Of a stretch of 64,000 bases of DNA, positions 48,072 to 59,012 are shown one piece after another; the stretch's first letter is position 1, and the number at the start of each line of letters is the position of its first letter. This stretch comes from Pseudomonadota bacterium. GTDB lineage: Bacteria > Pseudomonadota > Gammaproteobacteria > Burkholderiales > Rhodocyclaceae. The stretch lies in NCBI GenBank assembly GCA_022705135.1, contig JAKJFA010000001.1, forward strand, positions 13,300-77,299. The letters are read 5' to 3'. A program made the position numbers and the translations under genes. Below the pieces are notes generated by a model. The model was given only the letters and a program-made list of their open reading frames with translations, did no database searches and was not told the DNA's origin.

Positions 48072-50459
48072 TTACGCCCCTTCCCTTCCGGCCGGATCGG
48101 CGGGGGCGATCCAGCGCGCCAGGCTGCGCAGCAATTCGTCCGGATCCATCGGCTTGGCAACGAAGTCATTCATGCCCAGCTCGGCGCAGCGCTGCCGGTC
48201 TTCCGCCATGACAGCCGCCGTCATGGCGATGACGGGCACCTCCCGCCCTCCGGGCAAGGCGCGAATCTGTCGGGTCGCCTCGAGGCCGTCCATTTCCGGC
48301 ATATGCAAATCCATCAGAATGGCATCAAAATGCTGGTGGCGCACTCGATCAATGGCCTCGCCGCCATGGCTGGCGAGCACCACGTCGGCGCCACGCCGGC
48401 ACAGGAATTCCTTGGCGACCTGCTGATTGAAGGCGTTGTCCTCAACCACCAGGATGGAAGCGCCGTCGAAGCGCAGCTTGGCCCAATCCGGCCCCGCAGG
48501 CGGGACGCCCACCTCCCCGCCGGCTTCGGCCAATCCCAGGACAACGGTAAAAGAAAAACTCGCGCCCTGCCCCGGCGCCGAACTGACGGCGATCTCTCCC
48601 CCCATGAGCCGCACCAGCTTCTGCGAAATCGCCAGCCCCTGGCCGGTACCACCAAAACGGCGGGTAATGCTGCTGTCGGCCTGAGAAAAGACCTGGAAAA
48701 GATGCTCGGCCTCTTCCTTGCGCAATCCGATGCCCGTGTCGCGCACGGTCAAGCGCAAGGTTATGGCGTCAGCGCCCCGTTCGGCCAATTCGGCCTGCAC
48801 CGCCACCGCACCCTGGTCGGTGAATTTGATGCCGTTGCTAATGAGATTGGCCAGAATCTGGGACAGACGCAACTCGTCGCCAATGAGCTGTTGTGGCACA
48901 TCCGGCGCCCGATGGAAACTCAGGGTCAATCCCTTCCTGCTCGCCTCGGCATCGAACAGGTGGCCCAGGCTCCTGAACAGATGGTCCAGGTGCAGAGGAC
49001 GACGCTCCAGCTCGAGGCGGCCCGCCTCCACCTTCGAATAGTCGAGAATATCGTTCAGGATGCCGAGCAGCGCCTTGGCCGAAGCGTGCGCCCTTTCCAG
49101 CATTTCGCGCTGCGCCGGTTGCAGTTCGCCCTCCAGCACCAGTTGGGTCAGGCCAAGCACGGCATTCATCGGTGTGCGGATCTCATGGCTCATATTGGCA
49201 AGAAATTCGCTCTTGGCGCGGCTTGCCGCCTCAGCCGCAAACTGAGCCTTGCGCAGCTCGACCAGGGTATTTTCCAGTCTGGAAAGGGCATTGCTGATAC
49301 TCAACAAATCGTTTCCCGGCAGGACCGGTGCCATGTCGTCTGAGCCACGTAACGCATCAATGCGCGCCAGGATTTGTTGCAACGGTTTACTGAATCGTCG
49401 AGCAAGCACATATAAGGACAGAACCGTCAGAAACACCGCCGCAAAGCAAGTGGCCAGCGCCCCAGCCATGAGCCTGCGCGCCTGGACAAGCTGGCGCTGG
49501 GCATACTCCTCTGCGGCACGATCCACACTGGCCGTCATCGCAATCAGCGAGTCGAGTGCCGGCACCGCCATTCCAGTGTACTGTTCCACGGTAAATGAGG
49601 GCAAAACCACCGTACCCCACGATTGCAAAATTTCTTCCTGCAGCGGACGCAAACCGATGAAGAGGCTTCGCCGCACTGTCTCCAGCGAAGCGGCAAAGGC
49701 AGGGTCAGACAGAATGGCCGAATCGGCCTCGATCCGTTCCCACAACTGCTGCGATCGTCCACGCAGGATCAGCACCTCGCGGACAACTTTGGAATCGGGA
49801 ACGCGTTTCGCCGACAAAGCGCTGGCAAGCAGCACCGATTCCGAACCCACCGTGTTGCGCAGTTGCAAAGCGGCAATACGCAGATCAGCCAGCTTGGTGA
49901 AGGTGAAATCCGCCTCAATGACCGGCGAAATACGCACGAGCAAGTTTTCCAGACGAAAAACGAGATTGTTGGCGGCAGCCATCCAGCGAACCGGCAAGTC
50001 AGGATTCCGCTCAGAAAGTGGACGAACGAAATCGCGTTCAACCTCTTCGCGCAACGCCTTGATATTTTTCCAGGCATCGGCAACTTCATAACCGGCGCTG
50101 GCAAAAACCGCAGGCAAGGCCGCCAGAGTCGCTTCCAGCGCCTGATCACCACCCTGCCGGCGTTCGTCGATGAAACGCCGATTGGCGCTGGAGATGACCG
50201 ACTGCCCACGCAGAATAACGTTGGTTCGGCCTCGTTCGAAGGCAAGATCCTTGACGGCGGCCAAGCAGGAGGAGGCAACGCGGTTGCGTTCAGCAATTTG
50301 CGCGGCCTTTGTGAATTGATCAATGCTGGCCAACGCGCCGAATAACGCCATTGCCAAAGCAACAGCCGCCAATAAACAAAACAGCAGCGTCAGCAGGGTA
50401 CGCAAGGGAATTCTGGAAAGCGGGCGTATCAGGAACATCTCAGAATTCCCCAAATTCAT
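48072..50459 (-). CDS. Hybrid sensor histidine kinase / response regulator
   Basis: 795 aa. N-terminal TM, ~300-aa sensor region, second TM. H-box FLANMSHEIRTPMNAV. NLISNGIKFT, DTGIGL, GTGQGLAIS. C-terminal REC ILVVEDNAFN...ILMDLHMPEMDG. Confidence 0.9.
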   Translation of the reverse strand: MNLGNSEMFLIRPLSRIPLRTLLTLLFCLLAAVALAMALFGALASIDQFTKAAQIAERNRVASSCLAAVKDLAFERGRTNVILRGQSVISSANRRFIDERRQGGDQALEATLAALPAVFASAGYEVADAWKNIKALREEVERDFVRPLSERNPDLPVRWMAAANNLVFRLENLLVRISPVIEADFTFTKLADLRIAALQLRNTVGSESVLLASALSAKRVPDSKVVREVLILRGRSQQLWERIEADSAILSDPAFAASLETVRRSLFIGLRPLQEEILQSWGTVVLPSFTVEQYTGMAVPALDSLIAMTASVDRAAEEYAQRQLVQARRLMAGALATCFAAVFLTVLSLYVLARRFSKPLQQILARIDALRGSDDMAPVLPGNDLLSISNALSRLENTLVELRKAQFAAEAASRAKSEFLANMSHEIRTPMNAVLGLTQLVLEGELQPAQREMLERAHASAKALLGILNDILDYSKVEAGRLELERRPLHLDHLFRSLGHLFDAEASRKGLTLSFHRAPDVPQQLIGDELRLSQILANLISNGIKFTDQGAVAVQAELAERGADAITLRLTVRDTGIGLRKEEAEHLFQVFSQADSSITRRFGGTGQGLAISQKLVRLMGGEIAVSSAPGQGASFSFTVVLGLAEAGGEVGVPPAGPDWAKLRFDGASILVVEDNAFNQQVAKEFLCRRGADVVLASHGGEAIDRVRHQHFDAILMDLHMPEMDGLEATRQIRALPGGREVPVIAMTAAVMAEDRQRCAELGMNDFVAKPMDPDELLRSLARWIAPADPAGREGA

Positions 50460-50587
50460 TCGAAATTGTTGTCAGCATCAGCAAGACACCCTCCAGTTAA
50501 TCTGGTGACAACAGCGTTCAGCCACGACAAGACTGCATCCTAACCCCACTGAATGAGCACTGGAAGCGGTGCGGATCAGGTCAGCCG

Positions 50588-51535
50588 CTACATCGGCACG
50601 GGCGTCTGCCCCAAGATTTCTTCGATGATATCCGTTTCCGTCCGGCCATGCAGACGCGCCTCAGTGGCCAGCATGACGCGGTGCGCCAAAGTAGGCACCG
50701 CCAGGCGCTTGATATCATCCGGCAGCACATAGTCGCGCCCCTGCATGGCGGCCAAAGCCTGGGCCGCATGACTCAGGCCCAGGGAGGCCCGCGGGCTGGC
50801 GCCCAGGGTCAGACCGGCATGCTGGCGGGTGGCGCGCACGACGCGCAACAGGTAGTCGCGCACGCTCGCCTCCATATGGACGGTACGGCACAAGCCCTGC
50901 AGCCGCTCCAGATCGGACAGGGCCAGCACGGGTTTGAGGTTCGGCAAGGGACTGCCATACTGGAATCGCAGCAAAATCTGATCCTCTTCCTCGTGGCTGG
51001 GGTGGCCAAGACCGGTACGCAACAGGAAACGATCCAGTTGCGCTTCAGGCAGCGGAAACGTGCCTTCAGACTCGATCGGATTCTGGGTTGCCAGGACCAG
51101 AAAGGGCCGGGGCAAGGGCCGGGTTTCCAGATCGACCGTCACCTGACGTTCCTCCATGCATTCGAGCAGGCAGGACTGGGTGCGGGGCATGGCCCGGTTG
51201 ATTTCATCAACGATGACGACATTGGCCACAATCGGGCCGGGGCGGAACTCAAACACCTGGGTCTGGGGATGGAAAAACTGCACCCCGGTCACGTCGGAAG
51301 GAAGCAGATCCGGCGTGCACTGGACGCGGTGGAAACTGCCGCCGAGCGATGCCGCCACCGCCTTGGCCAGCATGGTTTTGCCGACGCCGGGCACGTCTTC
51401 GAGCAAAACGTGGCCCTCGCACAGCAGGGCGACGAAAACCAGTTCGATGGTGTCGCGCTTGCCGACCAGAACCTGGTCAATGTTGCGGAAGAAAGTTTCG
51501 GCGGCTTGCTGCACCGCAGTGACATCGGTATTCAT
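50588..51535 (-). CDS. MoxR-family AAA+ ATPase
   Basis: ATG 51535 overlaps the upstream stop (ATGA). LLEDVPGVGKTMLAKAVA, TPDLLPSDVTG, VIVDEINRAMPRTQSCLLE. Confidence 0.9.
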   Translation of the reverse strand: MNTDVTAVQQAAETFFRNIDQVLVGKRDTIELVFVALLCEGHVLLEDVPGVGKTMLAKAVAASLGGSFHRVQCTPDLLPSDVTGVQFFHPQTQVFEFRPGPIVANVVIVDEINRAMPRTQSCLLECMEERQVTVDLETRPLPRPFLVLATQNPIESEGTFPLPEAQLDRFLLRTGLGHPSHEEEDQILLRFQYGSPLPNLKPVLALSDLERLQGLCRTVHMEASVRDYLLRVVRATRQHAGLTLGASPRASLGLSHAAQALAAMQGRDYVLPDDIKRLAVPTLAHRVMLATEARLHGRTETDIIEEILGQTPVPM

Positions 51536-52890
51536 GGAAGGGCTCCCTGGGTCGCGGAAAGGGCACGGTGCGGCAGACGCCGCAATCGTCGCCAACTGGT
51601 TTCAATTTGGAGGACGTCGGCCTCGGCCAGAGTCTGCCGGCCATAGCAGACACGGCCAAAGGCTTCGGTCAAAGTGATGAAATCGGCACGGGCATCCGGC
51701 CGCCGTGTCGCCAGAAATTGGCCGAATTCACGCGGCGTTTGCCAAGCGGCGCGCGGCATTCCGCGGCGTCGCGCCCAGCGCAGCAAGTCACGGTAACGGC
51801 GCAACGCCAGGCGGCTCTGCGCAGGCAATACGGCTTCAGATCGCCGGGCCGCCCAAGCCTGGCGCCAGCGTCTCAGGCAGCGCTGCAGCCATTCCCGCCA
51901 GGACTGCCAAAGCATGCGGAGATCGTCCCAGATATTCGCATTTCCGGGCCGCATACCGGGATCGCCCGTCCGCACCGCCAGCCTGTGCACCAGCATTTGT
52001 AATAGGGCCCGCAAAGCCAGCAAGGCAACGCCGATGAATACAATGTTGAGCACCAGCCGCAGGGCATTGCGCAGGCGTTCGGGCAAAGTCCATTGCAACA
52101 TCTGCTGCCGTTCCTGGCGAACCTGGCTTTCAACCGAAGGGGGCGACTTGGAAGCGGACGAGAACCGCACCGACTGCGGCGCTCCGACCCAATCCGCCAA
52201 AGTGTGGCCCAAATCGGCGGCCCGCGCCTGCAACCAGTCAACACCGCGGTGCAAAGGCTCAGGCCGCAGCGCGGTGGCACCGAAGTAGCCGCCGCCTGCC
52301 AGCAACAGACAAAGCAGCAGCCAGGACAGACCGCGCCGGTCTCCACCGGTATTGGTCACAGCCAACAGCGCCAAAGCGAGGAGCAGGAAAACGGGCGCGG
52401 CGTTCAACAGCGGCGTCAGCGGCAGGCGCAAGGGCAGCGCGATGAGCAAAAAGGCATGGCCAAGCAGGCCGAGCCGGAACTCCGTCAGAGCCTCGGCCTG
52501 GTTCCAGTCACGACGGGCAAGGCGCGCCCCCAGCCACCAAGCGGCAGCACCGCACACTAACCAGAGTATGCTGCCGTTGAGTCCGGCGTGCAGCCGGTAG
52601 AGATCGGCAAACAAAGCCACCCACCAGGCTTTGCTCAGCACGGGCGCTACGACCGGTGCGCCCCACACCGCCAGAACCAGGGAAGCCAGCACGGCGCCGG
52701 CGATGAGGATCAGACGGCCCCGCCAGCCACGCCAAGGCAGGAGGTGGCGAAGGGTAAAACCGGCCAACGCCGGCGGCAGCAGCATCCAGACCTCTGGCGC
52801 CGGGATCTGGGCACTCCCGGCCAGCGCCAAAAGCGCCCAGCTCCAGCAGGCACTCATCGCGGCGGCCAGAAACAGTGGCAGAGCCTTCAT
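51532..52890 (-). CDS. Polytopic membrane protein with C-terminal DUF4129-like domain
   Basis: ATG 52890 in ATGA overlap with the DUF58 gene. Many hydrophobic segments. C-terminal ...QTPREFGQFLATRRPDARADFITLTEAFGRVCYG resembles DUF4129. Confidence 0.7.
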   Translation of the reverse strand: MKALPLFLAAAMSACWSWALLALAGSAQIPAPEVWMLLPPALAGFTLRHLLPWRGWRGRLILIAGAVLASLVLAVWGAPVVAPVLSKAWWVALFADLYRLHAGLNGSILWLVCGAAAWWLGARLARRDWNQAEALTEFRLGLLGHAFLLIALPLRLPLTPLLNAAPVFLLLALALLAVTNTGGDRRGLSWLLLCLLLAGGGYFGATALRPEPLHRGVDWLQARAADLGHTLADWVGAPQSVRFSSASKSPPSVESQVRQERQQMLQWTLPERLRNALRLVLNIVFIGVALLALRALLQMLVHRLAVRTGDPGMRPGNANIWDDLRMLWQSWREWLQRCLRRWRQAWAARRSEAVLPAQSRLALRRYRDLLRWARRRGMPRAAWQTPREFGQFLATRRPDARADFITLTEAFGRVCYGRQTLAEADVLQIETSWRRLRRLPHRALSATQGALP

Positions 52891-54134
52891 GCCACCTTCT
52901 CCCAACCCGCCCAACGCAAATCGGCGGGTGTGCGAATGGGGCAAACCGGTAAGGCAAGGGCGGGCCAGGCCGGATCCGGTGTGCCGATCTGCAACAATAT
53001 GAGGTGATGGCGCCGATGCGCCAGTACCGCCAGCCGTTCCAGCAACGCGGTATCCAGGTGGTGCAGCAAGACCATCAGCGTGGCGCGGCCGGAGAGATGC
53101 CGCTCTGCCGGCTCCAGCATCGCCGCCAGCGGCAGGGCGGGGCGACGCGTGGCGGCGGCCAGCGCTTCCAGGATCAGCAACAGTTGGTGACGCCGGGCGG
53201 CGGGTGCAAGCAACACCGGATCGTCGTTGCGGCCATCCGTCCCTGTCAGGTACAGGCCGACGGGGATATCCGCCGCCAGTGCCTGTCTGGCCAGGGAGCC
53301 GGCCGTACTCAAGGCCAGTTCGAACGCTTTCGGCGCACCGGCGAAGCTTTCCGCCGCCACAAACAAAGCTAACTCAGCACTCACTGTCGGCTCGAACACC
53401 TTGACTTGCATGTGCCGCTGGCGGGCCGTGGCCTTCCAATGCACATGACGCAGGCTGTCCCCGGCGACAAAAGGACGAATGCCAAAAGGCCGACAGGGAT
53501 CCACCGCCAAGCTCCAGTGCGAGCGGCTATCCCCGACCGGCTGGCGCCGCAGGGCAGGCAGCAGATTGACCGGATACAGTCTGGGATAGACCAGTAACTC
53601 GGCGGGCGGCGTGCAGGGTTGGCGGCGGCGGTAGAAGCCGAAGAGATCGCTGGCCGACAGCGCCACCGGCGGCAGGCGGTAAAACCCCCGCCGCTCGGCC
53701 CGGAAGCCACAGTGCCAGACCAGTTCGGCGCCACCAGCCAGCAGGGCACAGTCGCCTGACTCCTCGGGTCCGGCCGTCAGCCCCGGCGGCAATTGCCAGT
53801 ATCCGCGCAGATCGACCACCGGCAGCGGCTTGCGGTTGTGCAGCGTGATGGAAAAAGTGGCCGATTCGTCACAAAAGAGGCGAAGGGCAGGGGTGTCCGC
53901 CTGGACGCGCAAACGCCAGAAGGAACACCGAGCCCAGGCAAACGACAGCAGGGCGACGACCAGCAATACTGCCGGCAACGCCGCCAGGCCGGGTTGATCG
54001 AACCAGATCGCGGCCAACCCGCCGGTCGCCAGCAACAGCAGGCCGGCAGGGTGGAAAAGGAAGCCGCCGGCCTCGGTCGCCGCCGGATATTTGAGGGCGG
54101 ACGCGGCCCGGCTTCGGGCTTGTACTACGGGCAT
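52887..54134 (-). CDS. DUF58 domain protein (MoxR-associated)
   Basis: 415 aa. IRPFVAGDSLRHVHWKATARQRHMQVKVFEP is the DUF58 hallmark. First gene of the DUF58-DUF4129-MoxR unit. Confidence 0.8.
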   Translation of the reverse strand: MPVVQARSRAASALKYPAATEAGGFLFHPAGLLLLATGGLAAIWFDQPGLAALPAVLLVVALLSFAWARCSFWRLRVQADTPALRLFCDESATFSITLHNRKPLPVVDLRGYWQLPPGLTAGPEESGDCALLAGGAELVWHCGFRAERRGFYRLPPVALSASDLFGFYRRRQPCTPPAELLVYPRLYPVNLLPALRRQPVGDSRSHWSLAVDPCRPFGIRPFVAGDSLRHVHWKATARQRHMQVKVFEPTVSAELALFVAAESFAGAPKAFELALSTAGSLARQALAADIPVGLYLTGTDGRNDDPVLLAPAARRHQLLLILEALAAATRRPALPLAAMLEPAERHLSGRATLMVLLHHLDTALLERLAVLAHRRHHLILLQIGTPDPAWPALALPVCPIRTPADLRWAGWEKVA

Positions 54135-54179
54135 AGCCCCGAGTTTCGCCGACTCCGGCGCCCCGGGTCAAGCCCGTGG

Positions 54180-54722
54180 TCAGAAAGCGTAGAGGAGACG
54201 AAGCGCGACGAAATCGACGCCGCTGTTCGGCTTTTTGATGCCGCCGTTCGAGTAGTGCTGGATCTTCAGGCCAAGATCGACCCGGTCCCAACGGTAACCT
54301 ACACCGATATGATCGCCAAACTGGAAGCGCGTCGACAGCCTGTCGCCGTTGTTGTTGTAGAGTTCGGAGAGGACATGCGCGCCGATGCCGAATTCGCCGT
54401 AGGGGCCACGCTGATCGTGGCGTTCCCAGCGGAACACCGGCGTGATGCCGATCGCCGCCAGAGACTGGCTGGCGTGCAGACCGCGATGGCGCGTCCCGTG
54501 CCAGAAGGAAGCGGAGAAATCCCAGTAGCCGCCGATCTGCGTCTCGCTGAAACGCCAAAGCGGCGCTTTCCAGTTGGATTGCAGGCCCAGGCGCACCATG
54601 CTGACCTTGCTGCCGGCGCCATACTCAATCGAAGCGCTATCGAACAGCGAACCGGCAGCACTTGCGGAACCCGCAAGCAGCACAGCAACGGCACCCAACA
54701 AAAATGACAAAACACGACGCAT
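54180..54722 (-). CDS. Outer-membrane lipid A deacylase PagL-like / acyloxyacyl hydrolase
   Basis: Start trimmed to ATG 54722 with AAGGAG 7 nt upstream. Signal peptide MRRVLSFLLGAVAVLLAGSASA. HYSNGG (His/Ser pair) and C-terminal LLYAF beta-barrel signature. Confidence 0.7.
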   Translation of the reverse strand: MRRVLSFLLGAVAVLLAGSASAAGSLFDSASIEYGAGSKVSMVRLGLQSNWKAPLWRFSETQIGGYWDFSASFWHGTRHRGLHASQSLAAIGITPVFRWERHDQRGPYGEFGIGAHVLSELYNNNGDRLSTRFQFGDHIGVGYRWDRVDLGLKIQHYSNGGIKKPNSGVDFVALRLLYAF

Positions 54723-54941
54723 GCGATGGCTCCTTATATCTGTTCTCCGCACAGCTGCGCCAGTGTACTTCTTCTTTTCCGGATTTGCAGCCAGCACGCT
54801 GCAACGCGAGGGGCACGCCAGCCAATTTGATACAAAAAACCCACAGTCCGTCCGGCCCGTCAGCGGCCCCGCATTGTGACGGAGATGTGACACTCCAGGG
54901 CCAAATGTGGTAGCTTTGCGGCCTTCGTTTTCCCGAGATCG

Positions 54942-56519
54942 ATGATGAAACTGCTGGACATTGAGGACATTGAAAAGGCGACCAAGCGTGGCCGCCGCGA
55001 AAGTTTCCGGCTCGGCGTTGCCCTCATCTTCATCGTCGGCGTCATGCTCTATGCTGGCGTCGCAGTTGCCACAAGCGGCACCGGCGCCGTCCTGCTCGTG
55101 GCTGCCGCCATGATCGGCGGCTACATGGCGATGAACATCGGCGCCAACGACGTCGCCAACAATGTCGGTCCGGCTGTGGGCGCCAAGGCCATCACCATGA
55201 CCGGCGCCCTCATCATCGCGGCGATTTGTGAAGTGGCCGGCGCCCTCATTGCCGGCGGCGATGTCGTTTCCACCATCCAGGGCGGCATCATCAAGCCGGA
55301 TGCGATCGCCGACGCACAAACCTTTATCTGGATCATGCTGGCCGCCCTGCTCGCCGGCGCCCTCTGGCTCAATATCGCCACCGCCTTCGGCGCGCCGGTT
55401 TCGACCACGCATTCGATCGTCGGCGCCGTGCTGGGCTCCGGACTCGCCGCTGGCGGCCTGTCCGCCGCCAACTGGGGCGTTCTGGGCAACATCGCCCTGA
55501 GCTGGGTCATTTCGCCCCTGATGGGCGGGTTAATCGCCGCAGCCTTCCTCTACTTCATCAAACACACCATCACCTACCGCGAAGACATGTCGGCCGCAGC
55601 GCGGCGCGTGGTCCCCTGGCTGGTCGGTCTGATGGCCTTCGCCTTCGGCACCTATCTCGTGCTCAAGGGACTGTGCCGGGTCTGGAGCATCGGTTTCCCC
55701 CTGGCGTGCGCCATCGGCGCCGCCTGTGGCCTGCTTGCCTATTGCCTGGTGCGCTGGCGCATCAATCAGGACAGCCTGCCCGTCGGCAACGACAAGAGCA
55801 GCATCAACGCCTTATTCACCGTGCCACTCATCGGCGCGGCCGCCCTTCTGAGCTTTGCCCACGGCGCTAACGATGTCGCCAATGCCGTCGGCCCGTTGGC
55901 GGCCATCACCGCTACCGTCAAGGGCGCGGTTCTGGACGGAAACGCCCCGATCCCGATCTGGGTGATGCTGGTCGGAGGACTCGGAATCGCCCTGGGGCTG
56001 GGGCTCTATGGGCCGAAACTCATCCGGACGGTGGGCAACGAAATTACCGAGCTCGACCAGATGCGCGCCTTCTGCATCGCCATGGCGGCTGCCGTTACCG
56101 TCATTCTCGCTTCACAGCTCGGCCTGCCGGTCAGTTCGACCCACATCGCCGTGGGCGGAGTCTTTGGCGTCGGCTTTCTGCGCGAATTCCTCAAAACCAA
56201 TTACTCCCGCATGCTCGAAGACATCCGCCTGCACCATGCCGGCACCGACAAGGAAGAGGTCGACGATTTCCTCAGGGACTTCGAGCAAGCTCCAGCCACC
56301 ACCAAACGCCTGATGCTCAAGCAGCTCAAAAACAAGCGGCTTCCCCACCCCGACCTGTCCAAGCAAGAGCGCAGCGACCTGAAGCGAGCCTACAAGCACG
56401 AACTGGTCAAGCGTTCGGCGCTCAACCGCATCATCACCGCCTGGGTGGTGACCGTTCCCATTTCCGGAGGCATCGCGGCCTTATGCTTCTTTGTCGTCCG
56501 CGGCATGATGCTGCCCTGA
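54942..56519 (+). CDS. pit: Inorganic phosphate transporter, PiT (PHO4) family
   Basis: 525 aa. Duplicated GANDVANNVGP / GANDVANAVGP motifs. Many TM segments. Confidence 0.9.
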   Translation: MMKLLDIEDIEKATKRGRRESFRLGVALIFIVGVMLYAGVAVATSGTGAVLLVAAAMIGGYMAMNIGANDVANNVGPAVGAKAITMTGALIIAAICEVAGALIAGGDVVSTIQGGIIKPDAIADAQTFIWIMLAALLAGALWLNIATAFGAPVSTTHSIVGAVLGSGLAAGGLSAANWGVLGNIALSWVISPLMGGLIAAAFLYFIKHTITYREDMSAAARRVVPWLVGLMAFAFGTYLVLKGLCRVWSIGFPLACAIGAACGLLAYCLVRWRINQDSLPVGNDKSSINALFTVPLIGAAALLSFAHGANDVANAVGPLAAITATVKGAVLDGNAPIPIWVMLVGGLGIALGLGLYGPKLIRTVGNEITELDQMRAFCIAMAAAVTVILASQLGLPVSSTHIAVGGVFGVGFLREFLKTNYSRMLEDIRLHHAGTDKEEVDDFLRDFEQAPATTKRLMLKQLKNKRLPHPDLSKQERSDLKRAYKHELVKRSALNRIITAWVVTVPISGGIAALCFFVVRGMMLP

Positions 56520-56543
56520 ACCCCTCTTTCAGGAGCATGGGGT

Positions 56544-57482
56544 TCAGTACAGGCTTTCCTTGCCGATCCCGCCCCGCTTGATGATGCGGCGCAGGCGCTC
56601 CAGCCCTTCGAGCTGGATTTGGCGGACGCGCTCGCGCGTCAGGCCCAGATCGCCGGCAATCGCGTCCAGCGTTTCGGCCTCCACACCGTGCAAGCCGTAG
56701 CGTCGCCGGATCACTTCCCGCTGACGCTCACTCAACTGCGCCATCCACTCGTCGACCAGCCTGCCCAACTCAACCGTCTGCAAGAGCGCGGCCGGGTCGG
56801 CGCCATTGTCGTCGGCAATGACATCAACGGTCGAATGGTTGGGATCAATCTCGAGCGGCGCATCGAGTGAGGCGATGTGCTCGTTGAGGACGAGGATGCG
56901 GCGTATATCGGCCGCGGGCCGGTCAATCAGCGCGGCGATGCGTTCAACCGTGGTATCGCGTTCGTCGGCCGCCTCCAGGTGGCGAATGGCGCGCAACACC
57001 ACATTGATTTCCTTGACCACATGCACCGGCAAACGAATGGTGCGCGACTGGTTCATAATCGCCCGCTCGATGCTCTGCCGGATCCACCAGGTGGCATAGG
57101 TGGAAAAGCGGAACCCGCGTTCGGGGTCGAATTTTTCCAAGGCGTGAATCAGGCCGAGATTGCCCTCTTCGATCAGGTCCAGCAGGGGAACGCCGCGGTT
57201 GAGGTAGTGCTTGGCGATATTGACCACCAGCCGCAGGTTGTGCTCGATCATTTTCTGGCGGGCGGAAAAGTCGCCGGCCCGCAGCCGGCGCGCCGTTTCC
57301 ACTTCCTCCTCGGGCTTGAGCAGCGGCTTGGCGCCGATTTCGTTGAGATAGACCTGAGTGACGTCCTCGAAAAATTCGATCTCCGAAATCAGTCCCTCGG
57401 CCTCCGTCACCGACTCGATTTCGGACTCTTCGACCTCTTCCGGTTCGAAGCACTCGTCTTCGCGGGTTTCCTCGCCGCTCAT
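56544..57482 (-). CDS. rpoS: RNA polymerase sigma factor RpoS
   Basis: 312 aa. Region 2 ([32 protein letters not shown]) and region 4 ([16 protein letters not shown]). Lies immediately downstream of nlpD, as in the canonical surE-pcm-nlpD-rpoS arrangement. Confidence 0.9.
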   Translation of the reverse strand: MSGEETREDECFEPEEVEESEIESVTEAEGLISEIEFFEDVTQVYLNEIGAKPLLKPEEEVETARRLRAGDFSARQKMIEHNLRLVVNIAKHYLNRGVPLLDLIEEGNLGLIHALEKFDPERGFRFSTYATWWIRQSIERAIMNQSRTIRLPVHVVKEINVVLRAIRHLEAADERDTTVERIAALIDRPAADIRRILVLNEHIASLDAPLEIDPNHSTVDVIADDNGADPAALLQTVELGRLVDEWMAQLSERQREVIRRRYGLHGVEAETLDAIAGDLGLTRERVRQIQLEGLERLRRIIKRGGIGKESLY

Positions 57483-57484
57483 CG

Positions 57485-58357
57485 TCAGCGCTGCGGCAAA
57501 TAAATGGCCGGGTCGATCGGTTTGCCCTGGTGGCGAATCTCAAAGTGCAATTTGACGCCGGTATCGCTGTCGCTCTTGCCCATTTCCGCCACTTTCTGGC
57601 CCTTGCTCACCATTTGTTTTTCGGCCACCAGGATTTTGCGATTGTGGGCATAGACCGAGATGAAGCCGCTGGCGTGACCAATAATCAGCAGGTTGCCATA
57701 CCCTTTCTGCAGACCGACAAAAAAGACCTTGCCCTCGGCTGCTGCCGTTATTGCATCCCCTTCCCTGCCGGCGAAATCGATGCCCTTGTTGCTGTTCTCG
57801 CCGAAGGACGAAAGGATATTGCCGGTCGATGGCCAGGCCCAGGCGATCGCCAGCCCGGCCTCAGTCGCGCCGGCCGGCCGGGCCGCAGCGGGCACGGACG
57901 CCGGAGCGGCCGTTTCAGCAGGCTTTTGCAGGTTTTCCCAGGCAGCGTCGGAATAGGGTTCCTTGTTGACCTTCGGTTCGCGCTTCACGACATCACCGAC
58001 TGGCGGCGGCGCTGTGCCCAGGGGGCGGCTCTCGACTGGGGCAGCGCCCTGGACCGGTTGCGTCACCGCCACCGCCGAATCCGGACTCCCCGGCGGCGTC
58101 AGGCGAAGAACCTGGCCCTCCTTCAAAGTGGCGGGATCAGTGATGTTGTTCCAGGCCATCAAATCCCGTTGGGCAATGCCGCGCTCCAGGGAGATGCGGT
58201 AGAGATTCTCGCCCCGCTTCACCGTATAGGTGGCGCCAACGGCGGCCGAGGACTTGGTGGAAACTGCCGTCGTCCGGTCGACGACGGGCGCAGGCGCCTG
58301 CGTGGCGCAAGCCGCCACCAACAGGGACAAAACAAGAATGGGAAGAGTGACTTTCAT
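57485..58357 (-). CDS. nlpD: Murein hydrolase activator NlpD (LysM + M23 peptidase lipoprotein)
   Basis: Lipobox LLVAAC. Lys[16 protein letters not shown]23 domain [12 protein letters not shown]...GKLHFEIR. Confidence 0.9.
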   Translation of the reverse strand: MKVTLPILVLSLLVAACATQAPAPVVDRTTAVSTKSSAAVGATYTVKRGENLYRISLERGIAQRDLMAWNNITDPATLKEGQVLRLTPPGSPDSAVAVTQPVQGAAPVESRPLGTAPPPVGDVVKREPKVNKEPYSDAAWENLQKPAETAAPASVPAAARPAGATEAGLAIAWAWPSTGNILSSFGENSNKGIDFAGREGDAITAAAEGKVFFVGLQKGYGNLLIIGHASGFISVYAHNRKILVAEKQMVSKGQKVAEMGKSDSDTGVKLHFEIRHQGKPIDPAIYLPQR

Positions 58358-59010
58358 TCGATTCCTGACAGAAGTGGAACAAAACGCACGGCATCAAGCC
58401 TCGACTCAACAAAACCTTGCGGTGTCTGTTCGATCAACAAAAGGTACTGTTCAACAGCGCCAACCGGCAAAATCATCCGGCCCGCCGGCGCCAGTTGCTG
58501 CAACAACCCCTGAGGAACGCGGGGAGCCGCGGCGGCGACGATAATACTGTCATAAGGCGCCGCTTCCGGCAAGCCAAAATTGCCATCGGCGAGCTTGAGA
58601 CGGACATTGAATTGCTGCAACTGGCGCAGATTGACCTTGGCTTTTTCCAGCAGGGGCTTGAGGCGCTCGACCGCATACACCTCCTTGGTCAACTGCGCCA
58701 ACACGGCCGCCTGATAGCCACAGCCGGCGCCGATTTCAAGGGTTTTGCCCAAGCCCTTGCGCCCTGCCAGCAGCGCCTCGATCATGCGCGCCACGACGTA
58801 AGGCTGCGAAATGGTCTGCCCCATGCCCAACGGCAGCGCCGTATCGTCGTAGGCACGCGAAGCCAGGGCTTCCTCGACGAAGACATGGCGCGGCACCGCC
58901 GCCATCGCCGCCAGCACCGCTTCATCGCGGATGCCTTGCTCGCGCAGGCGCTCGATCATGCGGACGCGCGTGCGCTGCGAGGTCATGCCGATGCCGGACA
59001 AAGCGCCCAT
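58354..59010 (-). CDS. pcm: Protein-L-isoaspartate O-methyltransferase
   Basis: TISQPYVVARM, LEIGAGCGYQAAVLA. The start is taken at ATG 59010 (3 nt after the surE stop). GTG 59025 and a later ATG are alternatives. Confidence 0.9.
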   Translation of the reverse strand: MGALSGIGMTSQRTRVRMIERLREQGIRDEAVLAAMAAVPRHVFVEEALASRAYDDTALPLGMGQTISQPYVVARMIEALLAGRKGLGKTLEIGAGCGYQAAVLAQLTKEVYAVERLKPLLEKAKVNLRQLQQFNVRLKLADGNFGLPEAAPYDSIIVAAAAPRVPQGLLQQLAPAGRMILPVGAVEQYLLLIEQTPQGFVESRLDAVRFVPLLSGIE

Positions 59011-59012
59011 GC

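Noticed and set aside
50588-54134. MoxR - DUF4129 - DUF58 unit as a possible novel system
   Set aside because: This three-gene arrangement with ATGA-coupled genes is widespread and already described as a family association. Nothing unusual was seen here.
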